DNA of 64,000 nt from Microcoleus sp. (GCA_052279835.1 CP181291.1:5600001-5664000); one strand, 5' to 3'. Positions 20,215-31,607 are shown, counted from the stretch's first letter. Made by a program: numbers and translations. Notes: a model not told the origin generated them from the sequence alone.

Positions 20215-22416
20215 CTACCTTTGCGGAAGTACCGAAGCCAAATGCGATCGCACTTTAACGTAACACCGCGCAATCAGCAACGAAGAATGACACTGAACAG
20301 CCAATTCATCAGTATACGCCCCCAAAGTTTGACGCTCAATTCCCCACTCGCGACTCGTACCCGCAATCGTCAAATCAGCATGAGCCGAAGCAGCAATCAC
20401 CGCTTGAATGGGCTCGGCAGCCTCCACAATCGGAGTTTCAATCCGTGACTGCACCTCCAGCGGCAACTGCTCAATTACTCGCCTAAACTCATAACTAAGC
20501 TCATTTTCCGATTCACCATCAGCAGCCACCCGCAATACCGTCAAACGCCGCTGTTCACTATTAACTAACAGTCTCAGCGCCAATTCTAATCCCAAATCAT
20601 CGTGAATATTCGCCGCATAAGGCACTAACAAATTATTCAACCGTTCCCGCCCTCTATCTACAAAAATTGCTACATCCACTTTAGCCGTGCTCAGGATTTG
20701 CCCGACACGCCCTCCCAAACGGTTACTACTAAAAGTAGGTCGGTGCCATCCTACTAAGATTAAATCCGCCCGGTCTATTTCGGCAATTTGTGCAGTTTCC
20801 CACGCCACATCCTTAGTCACGCGAACGATCGGATGCACCAATTGTCTAGCTTCTGGAGGCTGCAAACTCTCAATCAATTCTCCTAGTTTCAAGTGTCGCT
20901 CTTGAATAATGCGATCGGCTTCCGCAGGGGTACTTCCAAAAGCATAATCCTCACTTAATTCTATCAAACTCAGAGGATGAACCGCCGCCGACTGTAAATC
21001 GCTACCACCACTACCCGCCGACTGTGCCAGTGCTACGGCTAGTTGCAGCAAACCTTTCTGGGTGCTGGGATTAGCAACTGGTACTAAAATCCGATAAGTT
21101 GGTAGCAATTTTTTATCAGTTTCTTCGCTGTTACCAGTATTTGCTGAAGGTTCTAATTCTGAATCATCAGAACTAAATTCTGAAATATCTAACCGAATCA
21201 GCCGTTTGGGATAAGTCCACTCCAATAGTGGCGAAGTCATAAAAGTCGTCACTAAAGCCATAATCACTAACATCGTAAACAAGATGGGCGAAATTACCCC
21301 CAGAGAAAGACCGATATTCAGCACAATTAGTTCAGTCAAACCCCTAGTATTCATCATCCATCCCAGGGCAGAAGCTTCGCGGTTATTGATGCCACACACT
21401 CTAGCTGCCACGTAGGTTCCGACATATTTACCAATAATTGCTACTCCTAATACTGCGGCGCACAGCAACCATAATTCTGGACTATTGAGCAAACCAATTT
21501 CCGTTCGCAAACCACTGTAAGCAAAAAATACTGGTAGCAGAAATATCAAGACAAAATCTTCGGTTTTTTGAGCTAATTCTCTGGTTAATCCAGCATTTTT
21601 TGGCATAGCTGCGCCCAGCAAAAATGCACCGAAAATTAAGTGAATGCCAATCCATTCCGTAATTAGGGCTGATGCTACAACTCCCATATAAATTCCGGCC
21701 AATACTAACTGAGTTAGTCGGCCTGTACGATTGTAGTGCTTGGAAAGCCGCTGCAAGAACCAGCGGACTACTGTCAGCATGAAAGTGATATAAATTAAGG
21801 CTTCAAAAATTGTCGGCAAAGCGCCAACCATTGAGTTAGTGCGAGTAACTGCGATCGCCACTGCTAACAAGCACCAAGCTGTCACATCGTCCACGGCTGC
21901 ACAAGTCAGGGCCAGAGTCCCCAATTTCGTATTCTGCAAGTTGTGTTCGGTAATGATTCTGGCCAGTACCGGAAATGCTGTAATTGACATTGCCGCCCCC
22001 AAAAACAGCGCAAAAGCAGTAAATGAAACGCTGTTATTTGAGATAATCGGATACAGTAGCAATGCTAGCAAACTTCCCAGGGAAAATGGCACTAAAATAC
22101 TGACGTGGGAAGTCAAAATAGCTGTGTCTAAGTTGTTTTTTAGGTACTTCGGATTCAGTTCCAAACCAATCAAAAACATGAAAAATATTAGCCCAATTTC
22201 TGATAGTACATTCAAAAATGGGACAGCTTCGGCTGGAAAAACTACTGCTGCTAAATCTGGCGCAACCAAACCAAACAGAGACGGGCCGAGCATAATTCCT
22301 GCTACGATTTCTCCAATGACTTGAGGTTGCTTGATCCACCGGAATCCCAAACCGATAAGTCTGGATAGTGCGATGACAATTAGAACTTCCACTAGAACTA
22401 GAATGGCGATCGGCAT
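20215..22416 (-). CDS. Cation:proton antiporter (CPA2/CHX-like) with C-terminal USP-like domains
   Basis: [42 protein letters not shown]-terminal RILVPVANP and LLVPY segments. Confidence 0.92.
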   Translation of the reverse strand: MPIAILVLVEVLIVIALSRLIGLGFRWIKQPQVIGEIVAGIMLGPSLFGLVAPDLAAVVFPAEAVPFLNVLSEIGLIFFMFLIGLELNPKYLKNNLDTAILTSHVSILVPFSLGSLLALLLYPIISNNSVSFTAFALFLGAAMSITAFPVLARIITEHNLQNTKLGTLALTCAAVDDVTAWCLLAVAIAVTRTNSMVGALPTIFEALIYITFMLTVVRWFLQRLSKHYNRTGRLTQLVLAGIYMGVVASALITEWIGIHLIFGAFLLGAAMPKNAGLTRELAQKTEDFVLIFLLPVFFAYSGLRTEIGLLNSPELWLLCAAVLGVAIIGKYVGTYVAARVCGINNREASALGWMMNTRGLTELIVLNIGLSLGVISPILFTMLVIMALVTTFMTSPLLEWTYPKRLIRLDISEFSSDDSELEPSANTGNSEETDKKLLPTYRILVPVANPSTQKGLLQLAVALAQSAGSGGSDLQSAAVHPLSLIELSEDYAFGSTPAEADRIIQERHLKLGELIESLQPPEARQLVHPIVRVTKDVAWETAQIAEIDRADLILVGWHRPTFSSNRLGGRVGQILSTAKVDVAIFVDRGRERLNNLLVPYAANIHDDLGLELALRLLVNSEQRRLTVLRVAADGESENELSYEFRRVIEQLPLEVQSRIETPIVEAAEPIQAVIAASAHADLTIAGTSREWGIERQTLGAYTDELAVQCHSSLLIARCYVKVRSHLASVLPQR

Positions 22417-22747
22417 GGTGTTGTTAGATTAGGGATTTTTGCTTATATTAAGAGGGACAAGTGCCAGGGGCAAAATTGGCGATCGAACCCAATGCAGATG
22501 GGCTCTCTTTTTTTGTGCCACAAGCCCGAAAGCCTGTTTTGAACAATAATGCAAAATGTCAGATAAAATTCAGATCTCTTGGTGGTAAATGGCCGAAAGC
22601 CTGTTGTTAAAAATGGTGCAAGATTTCAGGTAGAAGGCCCCAGACAGTCCCAACAGGGCAATTTTCTCACAAGATATCTAAATAAATGTCTAAAATTGTC
22701 GAACAAATTAGCAGACACTGTGATAAACTAGAAAAGTTGTTTAAATT

Positions 22748-22810
22748 CGCACATCCGGGTTTTCGGGTGTTTCTGTTGCGCAAACCTTCAGAAATACGAC
22801 CGGGTGGAGG
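22748..22810 (+). ncRNA. rpsB leader (S2 autoregulatory, t44-like) structure
   Basis: CGCACATCCGG..CCGGGTGGAGG outer stem with inner GTGTTTCTG/CAGAAATAC stem, directly upstream of rpsB. Confidence 0.6.
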
Positions 22811-22837
22811 ATTAACCCGAATTAGGAGTTAAAAACC

Positions 22838-23668
22838 ATGCCAGTAGTCAGTTTGGCTCAAATGCTAGAGTCAGGAGTTCACTTCGGACACCAAACCCGT
22901 CGGTGGAACCCGAAAATGTCTCCCTACATTTTTACAGAGCGCAACGGGGTTCACATCATCGACCTCGTGCAAACCGCTCAGCTCATGGAAGATGCCTATG
23001 AGTACATGAGAGTAGCCTCCGAAAAAGGCAAAAAGTTTCTATTCGTCGGTACGAAGCGCCAAGCTGCCGGGATTGTAGCACAAGAAGCCCAACGCTGTGG
23101 TGCTTATTATGTCAACCAGCGCTGGCTGGGTGGAATGCTCACCAACTGGACGACAATTAAGTCCCGCGTAGAACGCCTCAAGGATTTGGAGCGCCGCGAG
23201 GAAACAGGTGCTCTGGATTTGTTACCCAAAAAAGAAGCTTCGGTGTTGCGCCGTGAAATGGTCAAACTCCAGAAATATCTGGGCGGAATTAAGTCTATGC
23301 GGAAGATTCCCGACGGAGTGGTTCTGGTAGACCAACGCCGGGAGTATAATGCGGTGTTGGAATGCCAAAAATTGGGAATTCCCATCGTATCTTTACTGGA
23401 TACTAACTGTGACCCCGATTTGGTGGACATTGCGATTCCGGCTAACGACGATGCTATTCGATCGATTAAGCTGATTGTTGGCAAGTTGGCTGATGCCATC
23501 TATGAAGGTCGTCACGGTCAACTCGAAGGTAACGACATGGATGAAGACTACGACTACGAAGGCGCTTACGAAGGCGCAGAATATGAGGGCGAAATCGAAG
23601 AATTGGATGACCCCAATTATGTAGATCCAGATGATGAAACCGACGACGGCGAAGCAGACGAGTCCTAG
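22838..23668 (+). CDS. rpsB: 30S ribosomal protein S2
   Basis: [40 protein letters not shown]; acidic tail. Confidence 0.99.
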   Translation: MPVVSLAQMLESGVHFGHQTRRWNPKMSPYIFTERNGVHIIDLVQTAQLMEDAYEYMRVASEKGKKFLFVGTKRQAAGIVAQEAQRCGAYYVNQRWLGGMLTNWTTIKSRVERLKDLERREETGALDLLPKKEASVLRREMVKLQKYLGGIKSMRKIPDGVVLVDQRREYNAVLECQKLGIPIVSLLDTNCDPDLVDIAIPANDDAIRSIKLIVGKLADAIYEGRHGQLEGNDMDEDYDYEGAYEGAEYEGEIEELDDPNYVDPDDETDDGEADES

Positions 23669-23688
23669 GGTTCCTTAGCTAGACAGAT

Positions 23689-23732
23689 GGGAATCCCCAC
23701 ACTATACCGCCTCGGTTAGTGTGGGATGAAAG
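23689..23732 (+). mobile_element. Orphan IS200/IS605-like terminal hairpin between rpsB and tsf
   Basis: GGGAATCCCCACACTATACCG-CCT-CGGTTAGTGTGGGATGAAAG forms an imperfect hairpin; a related copy lies at 7910-7958. Confidence 0.55.
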
Positions 23733-23876
23733 GCGTGTGAGTAGAGTGCTGGCAACAGCCGAAAGTTAGCGCCATAATTAATTATGGCGCTAGAAATACA
23801 AAGTGTCCCTGGGTGAACTGAGTATTTTGTCAAAAAGTCTAATCATTAACATAGAATCATTAACATTAAAATTAGT

Positions 23877-23947
23877 GACTAAGGACTAAGAACTAATGAC
23901 TAATGACTAATGACTAATGACTAATGACTAATGACTAATGACTAATA
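23877..23947. repeat. STRR array (GACTAAT)n
   Basis: About 10 heptamers. Confidence 0.9.
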
Positions 23948-23975
23948 ATTTATTTTGATTGGGAAATTAAAGAAG

Positions 23976-24635
23976 ATGGCGGAAATATCTGCAAAACTTG
24001 TTAAAGAACTGCGCGACAAAACCAGCGCTGGCATGATGGACTGTAAAAAAGCCCTCGTTGAAAATGAAGGCGACCTAGAAAAAGCCGTTGAATGGCTGCG
24101 GAAAAAAGGTCTAGCTTCTGCCGGCAAAAAAGGTGGACGAGTTGCCTCAGAAGGTATCGTCGGTAGCTACATTCACACAGGCGGCCGCGTCGGCGTGTTG
24201 GTCGAAGTAAACTGCGAAACCGATTTTGTTGCCCGCCGCGAAGATTTCCAAACTTTGGTGCGGAATATTGCCATGCAAATTGCAGCTTGTCCGAACGTGG
24301 AATACGTGAAAGTTGAAGACATCCCACCGGAAATTGTCGAAAGAGAAAAGGCAATTGAAATGGGCAAGGATGACTTGGGCAACAAGCCGGAAAATATCAA
24401 GGAAAAGATTGTTCAAGGGCGAATTGAAAAGCGTTTGAAAGAGTTGTCTTTGATGGATCAGCCTTTTATTCGCGACCAAAACATCTCGGTGGAAGAGTTG
24501 GTGAAACAAACGATCGCCCTGATAGGAGAAAATATCCAAGTTCGCCGATTCGTGCGCTTTGTGTTGGGTGAAGGTATTGAAAAGGTAGAAGCTAATTTTG
24601 CCGATGAAGTCGCTGCCCAAATGGGTATTCAGTAA
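23976..24635 (+). CDS. tsf: Translation elongation factor Ts (short cyanobacterial form)
   Basis: [43 protein letters not shown] at 23976. Confidence 0.98.
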   Translation: MAEISAKLVKELRDKTSAGMMDCKKALVENEGDLEKAVEWLRKKGLASAGKKGGRVASEGIVGSYIHTGGRVGVLVEVNCETDFVARREDFQTLVRNIAMQIAACPNVEYVKVEDIPPEIVEREKAIEMGKDDLGNKPENIKEKIVQGRIEKRLKELSLMDQPFIRDQNISVEELVKQTIALIGENIQVRRFVRFVLGEGIEKVEANFADEVAAQMGIQ

Positions 24636-24644
24636 TTAACCATT

Positions 24645-24716
24645 AAAATTGAGAATTAAAAGCCAAAAATGCGATCGCCATGCTTACATTTTTAGTTTTT
24701 AACTCTCAATTTTTTT
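24645..24716 (+). terminator. Long AT-rich imperfect hairpin after tsf
   Basis: AAAATTGAGAATTAAAAGCCAAAAATG / CATTTTTAGTTTTTAACTCTCAATTTT; HIP1 in the loop; T-run follows. Confidence 0.5.
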
Positions 24717-24734
24717 AAATTTGAGCGGGGAGAT

Positions 24735-25652
24735 ATGGTGGGATCGAGAGAGCGAATAGAGCAAGATTTGGCAGCACTAGAAGAAACTTTAACAGGCTTG
24801 AATTTGGAGTTTCGCAGTACCTACGAAGATTATCTAACTGCTTTGGGACAAGCAGTGCGAAAGCAGTTAATTTTGGCTTGCTATCACCTTTGCACTCAAG
24901 TAACCCCTGATGCGTTTCTCAAGTTGTCATTCAAAGAACGGCAGAAAATGCAGCATTCGGTAAGGCTTTTAGCTGCAATATCTCAAGAAAAATTGCGATC
25001 GCTAGCAACTAAAGAAGATCCAAGCGCAGACATAGAAGAAGATGAAGACCTAGAAGAATATGATGAACTAGCCGAATATGAAAACAGAGAAGAAGATGAT
25101 AATATAGATGACGATCGGGATATAGAAGAACAAGAAGATTCCATCATTAATTATCAATATCCCGCCCGACAGCCAGAGTTGCCTGCCAATTCCCCGGAAA
25201 CTTTGGCGCGCTGGCAACGGAATATTGAAAAGGCAATATTTAACATTATCAAACAGCTTTCTCGCGACATAAATCGCTTACTGCAACAATCGGGAATATT
25301 ATCCAATCAATTGCCAGAACAGGTTTTAGAAGCTGCTTATCAAGCAGAATCCTCCGGGGAAAGCGTCGCGGGACCTCCTCATTTATTAAACATCATCATT
25401 GAAACAGGTAGTTCCTCAGAATCGAAAAGCTTGAGAGAAACCAGAGGTACTACCACCATCCAAATTACAGCCATTAAACTGCGATTGTCGGAAATAGAGT
25501 TTGCTGATGTAGCAACCTCAACTTACCGTCAGCAAATTCGCAACTTATCAGTGCGGTTAAATACTCTGGGACGCGATTACCAGAAAAAGCGACGCGAATT
25601 AGCGGTGGTGGAGGCTGAGTCGGCTTGGCGATCGAGTTGGTTGGAAGATTAG
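24735..25652 (+). CDS. Conserved cyanobacterial hypothetical protein
   Basis: 305-aa helical ORF: YLTALGQAVRKQLILACYHLCTQ, LRLSEIEFAD, AEAESAWRSSW-like C-terminus. Confidence 0.85.
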   Translation: MVGSRERIEQDLAALEETLTGLNLEFRSTYEDYLTALGQAVRKQLILACYHLCTQVTPDAFLKLSFKERQKMQHSVRLLAAISQEKLRSLATKEDPSADIEEDEDLEEYDELAEYENREEDDNIDDDRDIEEQEDSIINYQYPARQPELPANSPETLARWQRNIEKAIFNIIKQLSRDINRLLQQSGILSNQLPEQVLEAAYQAESSGESVAGPPHLLNIIIETGSSSESKSLRETRGTTTIQITAIKLRLSEIEFADVATSTYRQQIRNLSVRLNTLGRDYQKKRRELAVVEAESAWRSSWLED

Positions 25653-25704
25653 TGATTTGTCAGTTCTCTGGAATGATTGAGCTATGATTAGTAACTAATG
25701 ACTG

Positions 25705-25935
25705 GAGAATTGGGAATGGGGAATGGGGAATTGGGAATTGGGAATTGGGAATTGGGGAATTGGGAATTGGGCTACCCCCCCCAGCCCCCCCTAGGGGGGA
25801 GGGAATTGGGAGTTGGGCATTGAAATTAACACCAATAACCAATAACTAATAACCAATAACTAATAACCAATAACTAATAACCAATAACCAATAACTAATA
25901 ACCAATAACCAATGACTAATGACTGATGACTGATG
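25705..25935. repeat. Composite STRR region: (GGGAATT)n, C/G-run core, (AATAACC/T)n, (TGACTAA)n
   Basis: Direct inspection. Confidence 0.9.
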
Positions 25936-28443
25936 ACTAATAACCAACCAGAATGGCAACGATGGCAGAAAGCTCTTGCAGTAGAAGCCGATCGCGGATT
26001 TAACGATTTACAAGGCAGTCAATACCGTTTCAGCGAGTTTCTAAGCGTCAGCTTAAGACAACTCGCTGGTGTCGTGACTGCCAATTTGCGCGATCGCACC
26101 CGCCAACTAGCAGCCGAATTTGACATCTATCCACAGAAGGATATCGAAGCACGTCAGCATTTGCTCGCCATCACCAGCAGTTTTCTGACACAAACCCAGC
26201 GAGTTTGGGAACAAGAAAGCAGCCAACAAGCGGAACCAGAAAGACAGGAAAGACAGGAAAGACAAGAAAGACAAGAAAGACAAGAACCACCAATTTCCAC
26301 TCGCACTGCACCTCTGAGTTCAACATCAACAGCAGTGAGTTTGAGTCTGACACAAGAATTGACCCGCGTTACCGGAATTGGACCAGGAAACGGCAACCGC
26401 TTGGCTAAATTGGGTTTATACACTGTATACGACTTGCTTTACTACTATCCCCGCAACCACATTGACTATGCCAAGCAAGTACAAATTAGGGAATTAGTAG
26501 CGGGAGAAACAGTCACTTTGATTGCCCAAGTCAAGCGCTGTAATTGCTTTTCTAGTCCAAAAAATAAAAAATTAACGATATTAGAATTAATTTTAAAAGA
26601 CCGCAGTGGCGAAATTAAACTCAGTCGCTTTTTTGCAGGCCCACGGTACAGCAATCGCGGCTGGCAAGAACACAAAAAGCGCGAGTATTGTAATGGTGCA
26701 GTGCTAGCAGCTTCGGGATTAGTCAAACAGGGAAAATATGGAATTACTTTAGAAAATCCTGAATTAGAAGTATTAGATGACTCAGGAAGTGCGATCGAAT
26801 CCATGAAAGTTGGCCGATTGATTCCCGTTTATCCCCTGACAGATGGAGTGGATGCAGGTGTCGTCAGGCGAGGGATTTTGGCTGTGATGCCGGCGACAAA
26901 ACAGTTGTCAGAATCGTTGCCCGCCGATTTGCGCGATCGCTATGGTTTAATGGGTTTAGCCGATGCTGTGACCAATATTCACTTTCCCCTCGATCGCGAT
27001 TGTTTAGCCGCCGCCCGTCGCCGCTTAGTATTTGACGAATTTTTCTATCTGCAACTAGGACTTTTAAACCGTCGTCAAACCCAAAGAAAAGCTCAAGCTA
27101 GCGCCATCATCCTTCCTAGTGGCCAGTTAATCGAACATTTTTACCAAATATTGCCCTTCGCATTAACCAACGCACAACAAAGAGTAATTAACGACATTCT
27201 CAACGATTTAGCATCGCCTTCACCGATGAACCGATTAGTCCAAGGCGATGTGGGGGCTGGCAAAACCGTAGTAGCCGTCGTAGCAATGTTAGCCGCCATT
27301 CAATCCGGCTATCAAGCAGCTTTAATGGCACCGACGGAAGTTTTAGCAGAACAGCATTACCGCAAATTAGTAGGCTGGTTCAACTTGATGCACTTGTCTG
27401 TGGAATTGTTAACTGGTTCCACAAAAATCGCCAAGCGACGAGAAATTCACAGTCAGTTAGAAACCGGACAATTACCTGTTTTAGTAGGAACTCACGCTCT
27501 AATTCAAGATACTGTAAATTTTCATAAATTAGGCTTGGTAGTCATTGACGAACAGCACAGATTTGGTGTACAACAACGGGCTAAGTTGCAACAAAAAGGG
27601 GAATCTCCCCACGTTTTGACGATGACTGCAACTCCCATCCCTCGGACTTTAGCGTTGACGCTACACGGCGATTTGGATGTCAGTCAAATTGATGAGTTGC
27701 CACCGGGAAGACAGGCGATTCAAACTACTGTGTTGTCTTCAAAGGAACGCAGTCAAGCTTACGATCTGATTCGGCGAGAAGTGGCGAGCGGACGTCAAGT
27801 TTACGTGGTGTTACCCTTGGTAGAGGAGTCGGAAAAGCTGGATGTGCGATCGGCTATTGAAGAAAAAGAAAAACTTGAAACAAGTATTTTTCCTGACTTT
27901 AAGGTTGGTTTGCTCCACGGTAGAATGAGTAGTGCTGACAAAGATGCAGCAATTACTAAGTTTAGAGACAAAGAAACTGATATTTTAGTATCTACTACGG
28001 TGGTAGAAGTTGGTGTCGATGTCCCGAATGCAACAGTAATGTTAATCGAAAATTCCGAGCGTTTTGGACTGTCACAATTACACCAGTTGCGGGGTAGAGT
28101 TGGTCGGGGCAGCAACCGTTCTTACTGTTTATTAATGCCCGGTTCTAAAACCACTGATGCCATACAGAGAATGAAAGTTTTAGAACAGTCCCAAGACGGT
28201 TTTTTTATTGCCGAAATGGACATGAGATTGCGCGGGCCTGGTCAAGTTTTGGGAACCCGTCAATCAGGTTTACCGGATTTTGCCTTGGCAAGTTTGGTCG
28301 AGGATCAGGAGGTTTTGGAGTTAGCGCGCGCTGCGGCTCAGATGGTAATTGAAGATGATGAAACTTTGAATAATTGGCCTGTAGTGCGGGATGAATTGGA
28401 ACGTAGATATCAGCGGATGATGAGCGGGTCGATTTTGACTTAA
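25933..28443 (+). CDS. recG: ATP-dependent DNA helicase RecG
   Basis: QGDVGAGKT, MAPTEVLAEQH, DEQHRFGV, MTATPIPRTL, QLHQLRGRVGRG; QER repeat in the N-terminal linker. Confidence 0.98.
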   Translation: MTNNQPEWQRWQKALAVEADRGFNDLQGSQYRFSEFLSVSLRQLAGVVTANLRDRTRQLAAEFDIYPQKDIEARQHLLAITSSFLTQTQRVWEQESSQQAEPERQERQERQERQERQEPPISTRTAPLSSTSTAVSLSLTQELTRVTGIGPGNGNRLAKLGLYTVYDLLYYYPRNHIDYAKQVQIRELVAGETVTLIAQVKRCNCFSSPKNKKLTILELILKDRSGEIKLSRFFAGPRYSNRGWQEHKKREYCNGAVLAASGLVKQGKYGITLENPELEVLDDSGSAIESMKVGRLIPVYPLTDGVDAGVVRRGILAVMPATKQLSESLPADLRDRYGLMGLADAVTNIHFPLDRDCLAAARRRLVFDEFFYLQLGLLNRRQTQRKAQASAIILPSGQLIEHFYQILPFALTNAQQRVINDILNDLASPSPMNRLVQGDVGAGKTVVAVVAMLAAIQSGYQAALMAPTEVLAEQHYRKLVGWFNLMHLSVELLTGSTKIAKRREIHSQLETGQLPVLVGTHALIQDTVNFHKLGLVVIDEQHRFGVQQRAKLQQKGESPHVLTMTATPIPRTLALTLHGDLDVSQIDELPPGRQAIQTTVLSSKERSQAYDLIRREVASGRQVYVVLPLVEESEKLDVRSAIEEKEKLETSIFPDFKVGLLHGRMSSADKDAAITKFRDKETDILVSTTVVEVGVDVPNATVMLIENSERFGLSQLHQLRGRVGRGSNRSYCLLMPGSKTTDAIQRMKVLEQSQDGFFIAEMDMRLRGPGQVLGTRQSGLPDFALASLVEDQEVLELARAAAQMVIEDDETLNNWPVVRDELERRYQRMMSGSILT

Positions 28444-28560
28444 CAGGAAACCATAAAATATATTTTTTCCGAATTATTCATCTCTCTTATCTCCCTCTGT
28501 GTTCTCTGCGTTCTCTGTGGTTAAATAATAAATCTCAAATCTAAAATTGAGTGATAGTTC

Positions 28561-29448
28561 CTAACGCCGATACGCCAAAGCAAAGCGATCGATTCCTGCT
28601 AAATCAGCAAATATCTGAACATCGCAATAACTCCCCTGACTTTCGAGTATTTCAGCTACTCCTTCAGCTTGTCCAGCCATCATTTCAACCAACCAGACTC
28701 CCCCGGATTCTAAATAATCAGGAGCTGTTTCGGCTAAATGCCGGATGCAATCTAATCCATCTAAACCGCCGTCTAAGGCCAGATGAGGTTCGTGTTTGGT
28801 AACTTCCGGTTGCAGAGTCAATACTGTGCTGCTGGGTATGTAAGGTGGGTTAGATATCATGCCGCTAACTTGCCCTTTCAGGAATTCTAGCGGTTCCCAC
28901 CACGCACCTCGATCGAACTTAATGCGATCGCCAAAACCTAAATTCTCGGCATTCTGTTGAGCAACTGCCAAGGCTGCGGTCGAAAAATCCATAGCATAAA
29001 TTCTGGAATTTGTCAATACCGAAGCTAGTCCGATCGCGATCGCCCCACTACCAGTTCCCAAATCCACCCAATTAGATTTAGTATGAAGGCGATCGGGCCC
29101 GATCGCTTCCACAGCCAAATCAATCAGCAATTCTGTCTCAGGACGAGGAATCAGCACTGCCGGCGTTACCTTGAGGGAAAAATCTCGCCAATATGTAGTG
29201 CCAGTTAAATACTGCACGGGCACTCGTTCCTGCAAGCGTCTCTCCCACAATTGGGCAAGTTCAGCTAAAGATAAATTCAATTCAACTTTTGGTAAGTTTT
29301 TAAACGATTCCAAACGCAGAGCCAACTTATCCAAACTGGTCAACTCTTGCAGCAGCCATTCTAGTTCGGTTAAGGAAACATCAGAATCGATCGCCTCTAC
29401 CTTAGCTCGATTTATCCACTGCCAAAGCTCTAAACCAGAAACAAACAT
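28561..29448 (-). CDS. prmC: Release factor glutamine methyltransferase
   Basis: [37 protein letters not shown] at 29448; the upstream extension is STRR-derived. Confidence 0.96.
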   Translation of the reverse strand: MFVSGLELWQWINRAKVEAIDSDVSLTELEWLLQELTSLDKLALRLESFKNLPKVELNLSLAELAQLWERRLQERVPVQYLTGTTYWRDFSLKVTPAVLIPRPETELLIDLAVEAIGPDRLHTKSNWVDLGTGSGAIAIGLASVLTNSRIYAMDFSTAALAVAQQNAENLGFGDRIKFDRGAWWEPLEFLKGQVSGMISNPPYIPSSTVLTLQPEVTKHEPHLALDGGLDGLDCIRHLAETAPDYLESGGVWLVEMMAGQAEGVAEILESQGSYCDVQIFADLAGIDRFALAYRR

Positions 29449-29458
29449 GAGATTTTTG

Positions 29459-29598
29459 GGGAATTGGGAATTGGGAATTGGGAATTGGGAATTGGGAATT
29501 GGGAATTGGGAATTGAGCATTGGGCAACCCCCCCCTACCCCCCCCAAGGGGGGATGGCATTGGGCATTGACAACAGTCAACTGCCAACTGTCAACTGA
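29459..29598. repeat. STRR (GGGAATT)n, C/G-run core and (CAACTGT)n
   Basis: Direct inspection. Confidence 0.9.
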
Positions 29599-29605
29599 CT
29601 AATTA

Positions 29606-30451
29606 TTAACGAGTTGGTCGGGGTTGGCTGGGAATTGGAGCTTGAGGTGCCGGTCTGGTTTGGTTGGATGCCGGAGGTTGACTTTGGTTCCCTGCGCCCG
29701 CGGGTTGGAGCGATCGCACAAATTCCAGTGACTCCCGTGAAGGAATCAAAATCAGTTGTGTTAAAAATTTGTCGTTCTCAGTACGCAAAGCTTCCAAAAC
29801 GCTTTCCAAATTAACTACCTCAATCTTAATTGCCGTCGTCACGCTCGGCTGCTGCTGTTTAAAACGATCGACCATTCCTTGCAATTCTTCCTTGTTAAAA
29901 AACAGAGGAATCACCTCTTCCTGACCGCGCTGAATCGTCAAATAACCATTTTCCGGGCCACCTCTAGCCAAAAACAGAGGTACACCATTGAACTCATTGA
30001 CTTGTTGCCCAGTCTGCTGAAGTACAGTTTTAGCTAACTGGACTTGTTGGGGAGTTGGAACGTAGGCAAACATTACTTCATCCGGCTTACCTTTATTTGC
30101 CTGAGTGATTTGATAAATTTCTCCGAGGGACACGGGCGTTACGCGCACCGATGCCGCCAACTGAGGATTTCTGGTTTTCAGTTGATCGACAAAAGCTTGA
30201 GCGTCCTTCTGGCTGATAAAAATTCCAGCCACAGAAGCATTACCAGTTTGACCCTGACCTTGCTTCGGTACAGAAGCGATCAGAGGTGCACCCTGAGCAT
30301 CTGTAATGGTAAACACTGGAACCGATCGCAACTTTTCCAAAATTTGCGGTTCCGGCAGTGCCATTGCAGACATATTACCTAGGGGTGACGGGCCAAGCAG
30401 AGTGCTGCCGACAATCCCCAAAATTGCACCTAAACGAACTAATGATTTCAT
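29606..30451 (-). CDS. tic22: Tic22 family periplasmic chaperone
   Basis: Signal peptide; KLRSVPVFTITDAQGAPL, VTPVSLGEIY, FNGVPLF, IPLFFNKE. Confidence 0.9.
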   Translation of the reverse strand: MKSLVRLGAILGIVGSTLLGPSPLGNMSAMALPEPQILEKLRSVPVFTITDAQGAPLIASVPKQGQGQTGNASVAGIFISQKDAQAFVDQLKTRNPQLAASVRVTPVSLGEIYQITQANKGKPDEVMFAYVPTPQQVQLAKTVLQQTGQQVNEFNGVPLFLARGGPENGYLTIQRGQEEVIPLFFNKEELQGMVDRFKQQQPSVTTAIKIEVVNLESVLEALRTENDKFLTQLILIPSRESLEFVRSLQPAGAGNQSQPPASNQTRPAPQAPIPSQPRPTR

Positions 30452-30674
30452 TGTTTTTCCATCAGGAGCGAGCCATCCTGAGATACATTAACGCAAAGAC
30501 TTGCCCATTGACACGATCGACACTGCCTGCGTAGATGTTTATTTTTCTTACTCACAATGCAAATTTTATCACATTACGAAGAACACTCTTGATTGAGGTT
30601 CTACTAGCAGCTTCTCGATCGGGACTTTAGTCTCGCTTGTTTGCCACACACCGTATTGTTTTGATGATTGGTAG

Positions 30675-30756
30675 TGGGCGGGGAGAGAATCGAACTCTCA
30701 TACCTTTCGGTGTCAGATTTTGAGTCTGATGCGTCTACCAATTTCGCCACCCGCCC
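30675..30756 (-). tRNA. trnL: tRNA-Leu(CAA)
   Basis: Minus strand GGGCGGGTGGCGAAATTGGTAGACGCATCAGA-CTCAAAA-TCTGA, long variable arm, GAGAGTTCGATTCTCTC, CCCGCCCA; 82 nt. Confidence 0.95.
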
Positions 30757-31607
30757 TTTTTCTTAGTTTCACCATCGTAACACACCGATCGACTTTGTGC
30801 AAGCAAAGATTCATAATTTTTTGAACTTGCCCAGCGATCGATTTCCCTTGCCCGCAATACTGGCACTGGATGGGACAACTGAGAAGTCTGAGCTTGCTTG
30901 AGCATTTGCCCTAACTCCGTGCTGCTGAGGTCATCGTAGGCCCGCGCTTGGGCCAAAAAAGCATCAACATTCAGTTTGGGAGCCAAAGTCGGAGAACCTC
31001 CGGCCAGCTTCATCAACACCGATGCTACCACTTTGGAGTCCTGAGTTGCCAACAAAGCGGCGCGATCGCAAGTAAATTCAGCACATCGGAGCCACTCCAA
31101 CATTTGCGCCTGCAAACCCTGCACTAGCACGGTTCCCAAAGGGGAAATTTGACCGGCGGCTAACACAATTAAATTAGCCAGAGTCAAGTAAACTCCATGT
31201 TCGCACTTCAAATGCCCCAACTCGTGACCAATTACCGCCTTAACTTCCTCATCTGTAAGCAAATCAATCAAAGAAGTGTGCATCACCACAAAAGGCTGTT
31301 TTCCCCGCATCGCAAAGGTGTAAGCATTGGGCATGGGATGCTGGCGGACATAAAGTTGAGGCACTTCCAAATCCAGAGTTTTGCAGGCATCCAATAACAA
31401 ATGATGTAGGTGGGGCAATTGATTTTCCCCCACTTGGACGCTGGAAGCCAGATGTTCCAGCATGAAAAACTGTTCGCCAATTTGACCTAACAACTGTCGC
31501 ACCATCAAATCCAAGCCCGGCAGTTGTTTGAGAGTATTAGTAGCTTCCAAATCGAGGGGGTGACGAAACTGGTCTGCTTTCAAACCGATGAGCGGTATAT
31601 TTGGCAT
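30735..31607 (-). CDS. M48 family zinc metallopeptidase
   Basis: PNAYT, IGHELGH (HExxH), AEFTCDRA, SHPVPVLRA; ATG at 31607. Confidence 0.93.
   Translation of the reverse strand: MPNIPLIGLKADQFRHPLDLEATNTLKQLPGLDLMVRQLLGQIGEQFFMLEHLASSVQVGENQLPHLHHLLLDACKTLDLEVPQLYVRQHPMPNAYTFAMRGKQPFVVMHTSLIDLLTDEEVKAVIGHELGHLKCEHGVYLTLANLIVLAAGQISPLGTVLVQGLQAQMLEWLRCAEFTCDRAALLATQDSKVVASVLMKLAGGSPTLAPKLNVDAFLAQARAYDDLSSTELGQMLKQAQTSQLSHPVPVLRAREIDRWASSKNYESLLAQSRSVCYDGETKKKGGWRNW

Noticed and set aside
20004..20263. Short ORFs with SQFPIPN / GIGNWEL repeats (also 25660-25842 and the N-terminal extensions of prmC and the M48 gene)
   Set aside because: These are translations of GGGAATT heptamer arrays.
22520..22635. 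Imperfect direct repeat CCGAAAGCCTGTT..TGCAA upstream of the antiporter
   Set aside because: It resembles degenerate dispersed-repeat fragments (similar pieces near 50620-50710); too weak to call a regulatory site.
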